Of a stretch of 64,000 nt of DNA, positions 54,129-63,453 are shown piece after piece. The translations under genes were made by a program, and so were the position numbers. Source of the stretch: Clostridia bacterium (lineage in GTDB: Bacteria > Bacillota > Clostridia > Oscillospirales > Acutalibacteraceae); contig JAFQFZ010000039.1 of the NCBI GenBank assembly GCA_017398425.1, positions 5,006 to 69,005 of the forward strand, given 5' to 3'. How positions within the stretch are numbered: the stretch's first letter is position 1; every line of letters begins with the position of its first letter. The notes under the pieces were generated by a model. It made no database searches. It saw nothing but the letters and a program-made list of their open reading frames with translations, and was not told the origin of the DNA.

Positions 54129-54554
54129 ATGATCATAATGGCGATCGATTTCGGTCATGTGCGCACGGGTGTGGCGGTGTCGGATGCAACCGAACTGCTC
54201 GCGTCGCCCGTCGGCACCGTCACCGAACGGAAGGATGAGGTGCTCCTCAAAAAGCTGGCGGTCATCGCCAAGGAACGAAGAGCCGAGATGCTGGTTGTCG
54301 GCTTACCGCGCAACATGGACGGTTCGTGCGGCGACAGCGCCAAACGGTGCGAAGCGCTCGGCAACGCTCTCGGAGAAATGACGGGACTGCCCGTGACTAT
54401 GTGGGACGAACGGTTGACGACCGTCTCCGCGATCGGCTACCTCAACCAAACCGACACGCGCGGCAAAAAGCGCAAAGCGGTGGTGGACACCGTCTCTGCG
54501 GTGATCATCCTGGAAGATTATCTGCGCCGTCGAAAAAACGGAATCGGATTATAA
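54129..54554 (+). CDS. ruvX: Holliday-junction resolvase-like RuvX/YqgF
   Basis: MAIDFGHVRTGVAVSD and ...VVGLPRNMDGS. 141 aa. Confidence 0.88.
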   Translation: MIIMAIDFGHVRTGVAVSDATELLASPVGTVTERKDEVLLKKLAVIAKERRAEMLVVGLPRNMDGSCGDSAKRCEALGNALGEMTGLPVTMWDERLTTVSAIGYLNQTDTRGKKRKAVVDTVSAVIILEDYLRRRKNGIGL

Positions 54555-54615
54555 AGAATCGAGTGAGATGAGGATGTTCATTGTGTCTGTTGTTTAAAGC
54601 AAAGGAGTGGATGTT

Positions 54616-55011
54616 ATGTACTTCCGTAAGTCGTTGATCTTTTTGACGATGATGGCGTTGTTATTGACGTTGACTTCATGCACAACAGTTGTCCCCGATT
54701 CTTACGAAAACGGACAAGCCGTGTTTAAATATTCGGATAAGGACATCCAAGTGACCCTTTCCGAAGAAGAACTGGCGATGGTATGCGATATGTTTGCCGG
54801 TAAAGAGTTGTATATGGGTAATCCTTCTTGTGGGTTTACAGAAGATGTAGCCATCAAGTTGGATAACAAGGACACGTTCTGTATCGCGTGTGATAAATGC
54901 GGAATCGTGTTTTGGAAAGAACAACTGCGGTATTTTAGGCTTACAGATTCCGAAAATGAACAATTGCGTGCCATGCTGGAGTCGCATGGATTTCGATTCC
55001 CGTGCATTTAA
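54616..55011 (+). CDS. Small Cys-rich lipoprotein, hypothetical
   Basis: ATG 9 nt after AAGGAG. Lipobox LLTLTSC. Visibly lower GC than its neighbours. A terminator follows. Confidence 0.6.
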   Translation: MYFRKSLIFLTMMALLLTLTSCTTVVPDSYENGQAVFKYSDKDIQVTLSEEELAMVCDMFAGKELYMGNPSCGFTEDVAIKLDNKDTFCIACDKCGIVFWKEQLRYFRLTDSENEQLRAMLESHGFRFPCI

Positions 55012-55027
55012 AAGAATACGAGAAAAA

Positions 55028-55058
55028 GCAGTCGAGACGGTGTTCTCGACTGCTTTTT
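55028..55058 (+). terminator. Terminator
   Basis: gcagtcgaga-cggtgt-tctcgactgc followed by ttttt. Confidence 0.85.
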
Positions 55059-55164
55059 CTTGCGCCTCGTGCGCGGATTTGCGACACCTCGGCGGGGAGG
55101 TGTTGCGTCGGATGCGCGATTGTGCTATACTGAAGGTATCGTATTTGAAAAGGGGGAGAGCGCG

Positions 55165-58100
55165 GTGTTGCAACTGATTTTGGGACGTTCGGGCTTCGGT
55201 AAAACGCACGAAGCGACCGAGCGCATCGTCGCGGCGGCGCACGCCCAAACGGGCGGTGCGTCGGTGCTCATTGTGCCCGAGCAAGCCTCGTTTGAAACGG
55301 AACGTGCGTTGGTGCGTCGCCTCGGAGATGCGGATGTCGCCAAGGTGCAGGTTCTCAGCTTCACCCGCATGATCGAAACGCTGATGAAGGAGCACGCGGG
55401 TCGCCCGCTCTCAAACGGTGCCAAGATCATGCTGATGAGCCGTGCCGTGGCGGAGTGTGCCGATCGTCTGACGCTGTATGCCGACGCGAAGCGCGCCGAC
55501 ACCGTGTCCGCCCTTCTTGACGCGGCGACCGATTGCCATCAGGCGGCGGTCACCCCGTCGGCACTTAGCGAGGCAGCGGACAAGCTCCCCGAAGGGGCGT
55601 TGCGTCAAAAGACAGCAGAGATCTCCCTGCTTTTGGAAACCTATCATACGCTCAAGGCAGATTGCGGCTACGATCCGCAGGAGAGCCTCAGTGTGTTTGC
55701 CGCATTTTTGGAGGAGACGCGTCCGTTGCAAGGGGCTACCGTGGTGGTGGACGGCTTTCGCAGTTTCACCGCCCCCGAATTGCAGGTGCTGTCCGCCTTG
55801 ATGGCGCAGGCAGCTTCGGTGACGGTGACACTCTGCACCGATCGTGTGCACGACGATACCGACGGTCTTGATCGCTTTTCGGTGGTGATGCAAACAGCAC
55901 GTCGTTTGATGCGCGCCGCCGAGGAGCGCGGCTGTGCGGTGGAAAAACCGCAGTTGCTGATGACTCCGCACCGCTTCCGAAACGATACGCTCGAGGCGCT
56001 CGAAGCCACCGTCTTCACCCCTGAACAATGGGAGGTCGAGCCGTCTGAGGCGGTGCGGTTAACCGTGTGTTCGGATATCTATGAAGAGTGCAGTTTTGTC
56101 GCACAGACGATTCGTCGTTTGATGCGCACCGAGGGTCGCCGCGCCCGTGAATTTGCGGTGGTGGCGCGTGATCTGACGTCCTATGTCGGCGTGCTGGATG
56201 CGGCGTTCGATGCCGCCGAGATTCCCTACTACCTCGACCGTCGCGCTCCCATTGCGGGCGAGGGATTGATCGCGGCGGTGACGGCGGCGGTCAAGATCGC
56301 CGTCGGCGACTGGCGCACCGAGTCGCTTCTGCGCTTGATGAAGACGGGTTTGCTCGGCTTTTCCGCGTCGTCCGCGGCAACACTCGAAAATTACGTATAC
56401 GTTTGGAACATCACCGGTGCGCAGTTTAAAAACGAATGGCAGGCGCATCCGCGCGGCTTTGTGCCGACGCTCACGGCGCGTGATGAGGGACAGCTTGAAC
56501 GTCTCAACCGCTTGCGCCGTCGGTTGGTGCGTCCGCTTGTGACGCTGGCAAAATCGCTGTCGTCGCCTTTGAACGGCGAGGAGTTTGCCACGGCGGTCTA
56601 TAAGTATGTCCGTGCGGCACGCATCGATCGCATGATTGCCGGGCGGATCCGTCGTTTGCGCAAAACCGACCCGTCGCTCGCCGAACACACCGAACAGGTG
56701 TGGAACGCGTTTGTTTCGATTTTGGATGACATGGCAACGGTGCTCGGAGAGGATCGTCTCGACGCCGCGCACCTGCTTGAATTGTTCCGCTCGGCAACGG
56801 TCAAGACCGACGTCGGCACCATTCCGCAATTGCTCGATGCGGTACAGATCGGCGCCGCGGATCGGATGCGGTTCGCCGCACCGTCGATCGTGTTTGTGTT
56901 GGGTGCCAACGAAGGCGTGTTCCCGTCGTTGCCGTCGGGCGGCGGACTGTTCAGCGACCGCGACCGCCGTATGCTCGGTGAGGTCGGCGTGCAATTTGAG
57001 GACGACCGTGAAGAGCACACCGCGACCGAACGCTTTTTGGCGTACACGGCGCTCTCGGCGGCGAGTGAGCAGGTCTACGTTTCGACGCTTCTGCAAACGC
57101 CGGACGGCGAGCGTGGCGAGCGCTCGTCCATCTGGCAAACCGTTACAGCGCATCTGCCGTTTGTCACGGAACGAGCCGCTGTTGCGGATGACGGCTCCGA
57201 TATCGAAACCGTCGGAGCGGCGTTTGAGCGGATGGCGGACGGCTTTTGCGCGGGCACGCCGTTGTCGCGCGCGTTGTACCGCTTGCTGTGGGAGGATGAA
57301 TCGCTTCGCGGACGGCTGTCCGCCATGACGCGCATGCGCGAGGAAACCCCCGTGACCTTCGCGTCTGAAGCGGAGGCGGCTCGTTTCTTCGGCGACCGCA
57401 TGGTGCTGTCGCCGTCGCGTGTGGAGCGGTATCATCAATGCCGCTTTGCCTATTTCTGTCAGTACGGTTTGCGCGCGTTGCCGCGTCGCACCGCTGAACT
57501 CGGTGCGCTGGAATTCGGCACGCTGACGCACTATGTGATGGAGCATACGTTGCCGCAGTATATTGCCGAAGGCATCGACACCATCCGTAAGGCGCGGTGC
57601 TTTGAGGATGCCAAGGCGACGTCGATGCGCTTTGTGGACGACGAGATGGGCGGACTTGAAGACAAACCGCCGCGCTTTACCTATTTGCTGATACGCTTGC
57701 AGGGTGTGTGCGGCAACTTCCTGTGGCAAGCGGTGCGCGAACTGTCGCAAAGCCGCTTTGTCCCGACGGATTATGAGCTGTCGATCGGCTACGGCGACGA
57801 TAATGTGGAGCCGATGACCTTCACCTTGCCCGACGGAGCGCAGGTCGCGATGATCGGGCAGATCGACCGCGTCGATGTCTACGATCAAGGGACGACGCGC
57901 TATGTCCGCGTCATCGATTACAAGACGGGCAGTAAGCAGTTCCGTCTGGAGGACGTGGTCGAGGGTATCAACCTGCAAATGCTCATCTATATGATGACAC
58001 TCTGGAAGAACGGCGGCAAACGGTACGGCGAGGTGCTCCCCGCAGGACTGCTGTATATGCCGTCAAAGACCCCGATGGTCAAGGCAGAGGAGGCACCTAC

Positions 58101-58500
58101 CGAAGCGGCACGCGAACAACAACAAATGAAGCAAATGCGCATGAACGGTCTGCTTCTCGACGATGAGCAGGTGCTTCGCGCGATGGAGCCGGGCGTGCAA
58201 GGGGTGTTCATCCCCGCCAAGCTGAAAAAGGACGGCTCGCTCTCGAAAACCAGCTCGGTGGCGACGCTGGCGCAGTTCGGTGCGCTTGGTCGCCGCGCAC
58301 AAAAATTGCTCACGGATATGGCAAAGACTCTGCGTGCGGGTGATGTGGATACCTGTCCGTTCGTGACCTCGTCGAACGATCCGTGCCGCTATTGTGATTA
58401 TCGCGCGGTGTGCGGTCACGAATCGGACGATCGTGTGCGCGAGCCGTCGTGCAGCAGTACGGAAGAGGTACTTGCATCCTTAACGGAAACGGAGGAGTAA
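55165..58500 (+). CDS. addB: Helicase-exonuclease AddAB, subunit AddB (RexB)
   Basis: GTG start after AAGGGGGAG. N-terminal LILGRSGFGKTH. C-terminal PD-(D/E)XK nuclease with Fe-S cysteines (..CRFAYFC.. and CPFVTSSNDPCRYCDYRAVC). Confidence 0.88.
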   Translation: MLQLILGRSGFGKTHEATERIVAAAHAQTGGASVLIVPEQASFETERALVRRLGDADVAKVQVLSFTRMIETLMKEHAGRPLSNGAKIMLMSRAVAECADRLTLYADAKRADTVSALLDAATDCHQAAVTPSALSEAADKLPEGALRQKTAEISLLLETYHTLKADCGYDPQESLSVFAAFLEETRPLQGATVVVDGFRSFTAPELQVLSALMAQAASVTVTLCTDRVHDDTDGLDRFSVVMQTARRLMRAAEERGCAVEKPQLLMTPHRFRNDTLEALEATVFTPEQWEVEPSEAVRLTVCSDIYEECSFVAQTIRRLMRTEGRRAREFAVVARDLTSYVGVLDAAFDAAEIPYYLDRRAPIAGEGLIAAVTAAVKIAVGDWRTESLLRLMKTGLLGFSASSAATLENYVYVWNITGAQFKNEWQAHPRGFVPTLTARDEGQLERLNRLRRRLVRPLVTLAKSLSSPLNGEEFATAVYKYVRAARIDRMIAGRIRRLRKTDPSLAEHTEQVWNAFVSILDDMATVLGEDRLDAAHLLELFRSATVKTDVGTIPQLLDAVQIGAADRMRFAAPSIVFVLGANEGVFPSLPSGGGLFSDRDRRMLGEVGVQFEDDREEHTATERFLAYTALSAASEQVYVSTLLQTPDGERGERSSIWQTVTAHLPFVTERAAVADDGSDIETVGAAFERMADGFCAGTPLSRALYRLLWEDESLRGRLSAMTRMREETPVTFASEAEAARFFGDRMVLSPSRVERYHQCRFAYFCQYGLRALPRRTAELGALEFGTLTHYVMEHTLPQYIAEGIDTIRKARCFEDAKATSMRFVDDEMGGLEDKPPRFTYLLIRLQGVCGNFLWQAVRELSQSRFVPTDYELSIGYGDDNVEPMTFTLPDGAQVAMIGQIDRVDVYDQGTTRYVRVIDYKTGSKQFRLEDVVEGINLQMLIYMMTLWKNGGKRYGEVLPAGLLYMPSKTPMVKAEEAPTEAAREQQQMKQMRMNGLLLDDEQVLRAMEPGVQGVFIPAKLKKDGSLSKTSSVATLAQFGALGRRAQKLLTDMAKTLRAGDVDTCPFVTSSNDPCRYCDYRAVCGHESDDRVREPSCSSTEEVLASLTETEE

Positions 58501-58505
58501 ACGAT

Positions 58506-59744
58506 ATGGAGATCGGAATTTTGATCGCCGCTTCGGTGGCGGCGGTCGCGGCGGTCGCGGCGCTTTGTGTCACACTCGCGCGTGGGCGAAACGACCGCTC
58601 CCTGCGCGATGTCAAGGAGGATATCGTCGCCGCCAACGATCGCGCTCTCTCGGCGGCGACGACCGCCAACACGCGGCAAACCGCCTTGATGGATCAGCAC
58701 ATGAAAGAACGTCAAGAAGCGTTGCAACAAGCGGTCACCACCTCGATGACGCAGATGGAACAGCGCCTGCGTACCATGGAAGCGATGAACGAGCAAAAGC
58801 TCGATGCGATCCGCACGTCGATGGAGCAACGCCTGCAATATCTGCAAGAAGACAACAACCGCCGTTTGGATGAAATGCGCAAAACGGTGGATGAGAAACT
58901 GCAAAAGACGCTTGAAGACACGATGACGCAGTCTTTCCGCTTGGTCAACGAACGCCTCGAGCAAGTGTACAAAGGACTCGGCGAGATGCAAACCCTTGCG
59001 GGCGGTGTCGGGGATCTCAAAAAGGTGCTGTCGAACGTGAAAACACGCGGCATCCTCGGCGAGATCCAGCTCGGTGCGATTTTGGAAGAAATTTTGGCTC
59101 CCGAGCAGTATGAAGTCAATGTCGCCACCGTGCCGTCGAGCACGGCGGTGGTAGAATTTGCCGTGAAGCTTCCCGGCACCGACGGGGAGACGGTCTATCT
59201 CCCGATCGACTCGAAGTTCCCCGGCGACGCCTATGCGGCGTTGCAGGATGCCTACGACAGCGGCAATCCCGAGGCGGTCAACCAAGCGGCGGCGGTGCTG
59301 ACCACCCGCCTTAAGAGCTTTGCCAAGGACATCCGCGACAAGTACATCGAGCCGCCCTTCACGACGGATTTCGCCATCATGTTTTTGCCGTTTGAGGGAC
59401 TGTACGCCGAGGCGGTCAACCGCGGACTGGTGGAGGTGCTTCAGCGCGATTATAAAGTCAACCTCGCAGGCCCCAGCACGATGGCGGCGCTTCTCAACAG
59501 CCTGCAGATGGGCTTCCGCACGCTCGCCATTCAAAAGCAAAGCGGTGAAGTGTGGAAACTGCTCGGTGCGGTGCGCACGGAATTTGACAAATTCAGCGAT
59601 ATTTTGACGATGACGCAAACGCGACTCGATCAGGCGAACAAAGAACTCGACAAGCTGGTCGGTGTGCGCACCCGCGCCATTCAGCGCCGTCTGCGTGATG
59701 TGGAGCGGGTGGAGGAATCCACCGCCGCGTCACTCTTGGAATAA
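58506..59744 (+). CDS. rmuC: DNA recombination protein RmuC
   Basis: ATG after GGAGGAG. N-terminal TM, long coiled coil, then the RmuC nuclease-like block VEFAVKLPG...YLPIDSKFP. Confidence 0.88.
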   Translation: MEIGILIAASVAAVAAVAALCVTLARGRNDRSLRDVKEDIVAANDRALSAATTANTRQTALMDQHMKERQEALQQAVTTSMTQMEQRLRTMEAMNEQKLDAIRTSMEQRLQYLQEDNNRRLDEMRKTVDEKLQKTLEDTMTQSFRLVNERLEQVYKGLGEMQTLAGGVGDLKKVLSNVKTRGILGEIQLGAILEEILAPEQYEVNVATVPSSTAVVEFAVKLPGTDGETVYLPIDSKFPGDAYAALQDAYDSGNPEAVNQAAAVLTTRLKSFAKDIRDKYIEPPFTTDFAIMFLPFEGLYAEAVNRGLVEVLQRDYKVNLAGPSTMAALLNSLQMGFRTLAIQKQSGEVWKLLGAVRTEFDKFSDILTMTQTRLDQANKELDKLVGVRTRAIQRRLRDVERVEESTAASLLE

Positions 59745-59756
59745 GGAGGAGAATCT

Positions 59757-60206
59757 ATGTTGACGATACGCGCTGCCGTCCCCGCCGATCGCGAAACGTA
59801 TTTCGCGATGGCAAAGGCATTTTATCAAACCGACGCCGTGATGCATCCCATTCCCGATGTCCATTTCGAAACCACATGGGAAGAAGTGATGCGCTCCTCG
59901 CTCTATGCCGCGATCGATATCCTCGAAGCGGACGGCGAGACGGTCGGCTATGCGCTCTACGCCAAAACCTATTCGCAAGAGGCCGGCGGTATGGTGTTGT
60001 GGGTGGAGGAATTGTTCCTTTGCGGGGAACACCGCGGAAAAGGCTACGGTCGAGCGTTTTTTGAACAGCTTTTGAAGACACTTCCGCCCGAGGTGCGCCG
60101 TGTGCGTCTCGAAGCGGAACGCGACAACGCGCGAGCGGTTCGCTTGTACGAATCGCTCGGCTTTGAGTGGATGGAATATGAATCCATGATGCTTGAACGC
60201 GCATGA
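59757..60206 (+). CDS. GNAT-family N-acetyltransferase
   Basis: RBS AAGGAGGAG. Acetyl-CoA motif CGEHRGKGYGRAFFEQL. Confidence 0.85.
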   Translation: MLTIRAAVPADRETYFAMAKAFYQTDAVMHPIPDVHFETTWEEVMRSSLYAAIDILEADGETVGYALYAKTYSQEAGGMVLWVEELFLCGEHRGKGYGRAFFEQLLKTLPPEVRRVRLEAERDNARAVRLYESLGFEWMEYESMMLERA

Positions 60207-60327
60207 GAAAACACGTTTGCACCTTCTCGGTGCAAACGTGTTTTTTTGTCGAAACAACGGTTGTAAAGCGCGACCGAATGCAGTATACTGTAGAAAAGGA
60301 ACCGTTCTTTTGAGGAGTGTGAAGGCT

Positions 60328-61242
60328 GTGAAATGTGCGTCTTGCGGTTTTGAAAATCAAAAAGGCAGTCGCTTTTGCGAGCAATGCGGCGCCGCGCTTG
60401 TGAAAAAACCGAAATTGTGGGTGTGGATCGTGCCGCCGATCGTGTTTGCACTTGCGGTGATCGCGGTGATCGTGATCGTTGTGTGCGGAGGCGGACACAA
60501 TCACGAGGAGTCGTGTCATCCCTCCACCTCTTCCGCCACACAGGTGACTACGACCGTGACCAACCCGACGACCACTCCGACGACCGCACCAACGACCGTT
60601 TCGACAACGACGGTGCCCACGGTCGCTCCCAAAACGCCGTTGACGCTCGATGACCAAGGGCGCTACGATATCAATATCTTCTTGAGCAACTTCTCCGAAC
60701 AGCATTTTGCGGAATCGGTGTCGTTCGATGCGGCAAACGCGGACACGGAGACGCTGATCGAATTTGTGCATTTGTTCAATTACATCAATCGCTACAGCGT
60801 CTTGCACGACAACCACTATCGGCAAGACGGAAAAGAGTATGTCTACTTGACGTTTGACGAGATCAATCGCGATCTGGAACGCTTCTCCGGCTTGTCGGTG
60901 ACGGCCTCACAAGCACAGACGGCGATGCCTGCAACGGAGTTTCGTTTTGTGACGAATGACCGCGTGTGTTGGATGCCGGCGGCGGGTGCGTCCCACGGCA
61001 GTTTTACGATTGTCGACGCCATGTATGCGCGCCCCGACGGCACGTATGAGGCGGAGTTCACCATCTACGATTTTACCGATATGGGCGGCGGCAACCACAT
61101 TACCGATGAATCGGTGTATTACATGACGGCCACTGAGGCGTTGCGCCTTGCAAACGTCGAAGTGTACGCAAGCGGTCGTGCGGTGGTGCGTGCGGCGAAC
61201 GGCGATTCGCCCTATCATTTGATCGCCTACGACGTGTATTGA
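60328..61242 (+). CDS. Zinc-ribbon / TM / Thr-Pro linker / extracellular-domain protein, hypothetical
   Basis: GTG 10 nt after GAGGAG. CASCGFENQKGSRFCEQCGA zinc ribbon. TM WVWIVPPIVFALAVIAVIVIVVC. Linker TTTVTNPTTTPTTAPTTVSTTTVPT. Confidence 0.65.
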   Translation: MKCASCGFENQKGSRFCEQCGAALVKKPKLWVWIVPPIVFALAVIAVIVIVVCGGGHNHEESCHPSTSSATQVTTTVTNPTTTPTTAPTTVSTTTVPTVAPKTPLTLDDQGRYDINIFLSNFSEQHFAESVSFDAANADTETLIEFVHLFNYINRYSVLHDNHYRQDGKEYVYLTFDEINRDLERFSGLSVTASQAQTAMPATEFRFVTNDRVCWMPAAGASHGSFTIVDAMYARPDGTYEAEFTIYDFTDMGGGNHITDESVYYMTATEALRLANVEVYASGRAVVRAANGDSPYHLIAYDVY

Positions 61243-61263
61243 GAAGAACGGAGGGGAGATTCC

Positions 61264-62490
61264 ATGAAACGAATCGTAATGATCGTGTTGGCGTTGACGC
61301 TGATGCTCGCGTCCCTATCGGCGTGTTCTTCACAGTCCGCGTTGCCGCAATGGGGCATACCGGACGATCGGAATGAGCCGTTGACTCCCGTCACTCAACC
61401 GCAGGAGGACGAAGAGGAGATCGACCCATCGTATCAGGCGGTGCTCAAAGCGATTGCGGAATCGCTTCCGTGGGACGCAGAGCCGCTGTATCTGAACGGC
61501 GAGCCTTTGAGCGCGATGTATTACGGCGCCGACTCGTCTGACATCGGCTATGCACTGCACGATGTGAACGGCGATGGTGTGAAGGAATTGGTGGTTGCAG
61601 AGATCGCCCAATCGGATCACGTTTTCCTTGATCTGTTCACGCTGTGCAACGGGCGCGCCAAACTCGTGTGCAGTTCGGACAACAAAACCCGCTACAGTCT
61701 GCGCACCGACGGCACGATCTTGTACACTTGGTCGGTCGGTATGGGACAGGGGGTAAGCGGTTGCGATCGGTATCGGCTTGACCCCCAAACGGGCGAATTG
61801 ACGCTGGAAGTGCGCGTTTGCCAAGATATGGAATACGCAAGATCGCTCGGCATGTCCAACCAAAGCTGGTTTGTTTCCTATACCGACACCGACCGCTCGT
61901 CTTACAGCGCGATTTCACAAGTCGATGCCACCGCCAAGGAAGAAGAACTGACGGATGAGACGATGCGGTGTCGACTGTCTTATACCCCCTTGTCGGAGTT
62001 GACGTTTGATAACGTGTCCGATACCGTCGACACGCAAGCCCCCAAACCGAAGACTATGATGGATTACCGCGGTTACACCATCGGTGACGTGACCGATCTG
62101 TACGGCATCGACTACAAGATTCAAGATTTTCTCTATATGGGCGGGTGGGGCGAGATCGTCTACCCCGACGACAAAACACCGGTCTGCTTCTTTTATTCGT
62201 GCTACGCCGGCGACATGGGAAAACCCGTCAGCAACGATGAACGTGTGGCGGGCGTCGGATTGGGCGCGGCCGATTGTGAGGATCAAACCCTGCTCATCCA
62301 TGAAGGCGCCCCCATCACGATGAAGGCCTCGGATTATCGAGCAAAATTCCCCGATGGTGTCTACAGCGAGAATTATGACAGCTTAGGTATGTTGTATTCT
62401 TACACATACAATGGCTGTGATATTACCGCTTCGTGGCACGACAACAATACCGAACGTGCCGCGGATTGGATCGTGATCAGCTATAACTAA
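61264..62490 (+). CDS. Lipoprotein, hypothetical
   Basis: RBS GGAGGGGAG. Lipobox LMLASLSAC. I recognise no family signature. Confidence 0.65.
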   Translation: MKRIVMIVLALTLMLASLSACSSQSALPQWGIPDDRNEPLTPVTQPQEDEEEIDPSYQAVLKAIAESLPWDAEPLYLNGEPLSAMYYGADSSDIGYALHDVNGDGVKELVVAEIAQSDHVFLDLFTLCNGRAKLVCSSDNKTRYSLRTDGTILYTWSVGMGQGVSGCDRYRLDPQTGELTLEVRVCQDMEYARSLGMSNQSWFVSYTDTDRSSYSAISQVDATAKEEELTDETMRCRLSYTPLSELTFDNVSDTVDTQAPKPKTMMDYRGYTIGDVTDLYGIDYKIQDFLYMGGWGEIVYPDDKTPVCFFYSCYAGDMGKPVSNDERVAGVGLGAADCEDQTLLIHEGAPITMKASDYRAKFPDGVYSENYDSLGMLYSYTYNGCDITASWHDNNTERAADWIVISYN

Positions 62491-62494
62491 AGGA

Positions 62495-62535
62495 ACTCCC
62501 CCGAAGCATTTTTACATGCTTCGGGGGAGTTTTTT
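62495..62535. terminator. Terminator between convergent genes
   Basis: aactcccccgaagcat-ttttac-atgcttcgggggagtt followed by ttttt. Confidence 0.85.
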
Positions 62536-62541
62536 GTACGA

Positions 62542-63432
62542 TCATATAAGGTCGATGGTGGTTGCCAACATGCTTCTCGCATCGCCGGTTTCGATTTTGC
62601 CGTTACCGTCAAAATCCGCGGTGCTCAGCCAATCGTCGCTGAGCGGCATCACCCCTGATAAGCAATACGACAGCACAAGTCGTGCGTCACCGGTGGTCAG
62701 CTTGCCGTCTTGGTTCACGTCTCCCTTGGGAAAGCAACCTACCTCTACTCCTTCGATGGTCAAATACGCATACGCGCCGAACGCGCAATCGTTCTCGCGG
62801 ATATAGAGTTTTGCCTCTCCTTCGGCAAGCGCCGTCACATACACTGTGTCACTGCCGTCTTCATAGGAGATTGCAATGTTCGTCGACGTGGTGTCAACCG
62901 AGCCGCCGCGCGCAATCTTGGTGACGGGATGGTAGAACTGAATCGCGCGGGTTTCACCGACCTGCATAGGAGAGCGGTCGTAGGACAGCTGTGTGATATA
63001 ATCGGGGACAACCGTGGTCGTGGTGGTTTCCGCTTCGATGGTCAAATACGCATACGCGCCGAATGCGCAATCGTTCTCGTGGATATAGAGTTTTGCCTCT
63101 CCTTCGGCAAGCGCGGTCACATACACCGTGTCACTGCCGTCTTCATAGGAGATCGCAATGTTCGTCGATGTGGTGTCCACCGAGCCGCCGCGCGCAACCT
63201 TGGTGACGGGATGGTAGAACTGAATCGCGCGGGTTTCACCGACCACCATAGGAGAGCGATCGTAGGAGAGCTGTGTGGCGTAGCAAGCAACGGCGGTGGT
63301 CGTGGTGGTGGTTTCGTTGTCGGCGGCGACCGCGACGGAGGTGTTCGCGGTAATCGTCGATGCGCATACACAGGTCGTGAGCAGAACGGGCGTCACAAGA
63401 AGGCTGAGGTGTTTCAAAAAATGTCGTTTCAT
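62542..63432 (-). CDS. Secreted protein with two near-identical Ig-like (Big_2-like) domains and a C-terminal dockerin
   Basis: ATG at 63432, 8 nt after AGGAG (the track's GTG at 63441 abuts the RBS). Signal peptide present. Duplicated TQLSYDRSPM.VGETRAIQFYHPVTK.ARGGSVDTTSTNIAISYEDGSDTVYVTALAEGEAKLYI. Dockerin GDVNQDGKLTTGDARLVL / DFDGNGKIETGDARSML. Confidence 0.75.
   Translation of the reverse strand: MKRHFLKHLSLLVTPVLLTTCVCASTITANTSVAVAADNETTTTTTAVACYATQLSYDRSPMVVGETRAIQFYHPVTKVARGGSVDTTSTNIAISYEDGSDTVYVTALAEGEAKLYIHENDCAFGAYAYLTIEAETTTTTVVPDYITQLSYDRSPMQVGETRAIQFYHPVTKIARGGSVDTTSTNIAISYEDGSDTVYVTALAEGEAKLYIRENDCAFGAYAYLTIEGVEVGCFPKGDVNQDGKLTTGDARLVLSYCLSGVMPLSDDWLSTADFDGNGKIETGDARSMLATTIDLI
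62755..63290. repeat. Tandem direct duplication (~235-bp homologous cores about 270 bp apart, roughly 13 mismatches)
   Basis: gatggtcaaatacgcatacgcgccgaa...ggtttcaccgacc occurs at about 62755-62990 and again at about 63037-63260, differing at scattered positions. Confidence 0.9.
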
Positions 63433-63453
63433 CAAGATCACTCCTTTTTGAGA

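Noticed and set aside
62755-63290. Diversity-generating retroelement (template/variable repeat pair)
   Set aside because: The differences between the two copies are not adenine-specific. Both copies lie in-frame in the same gene as adjacent domains. No reverse transcriptase is present in the window.
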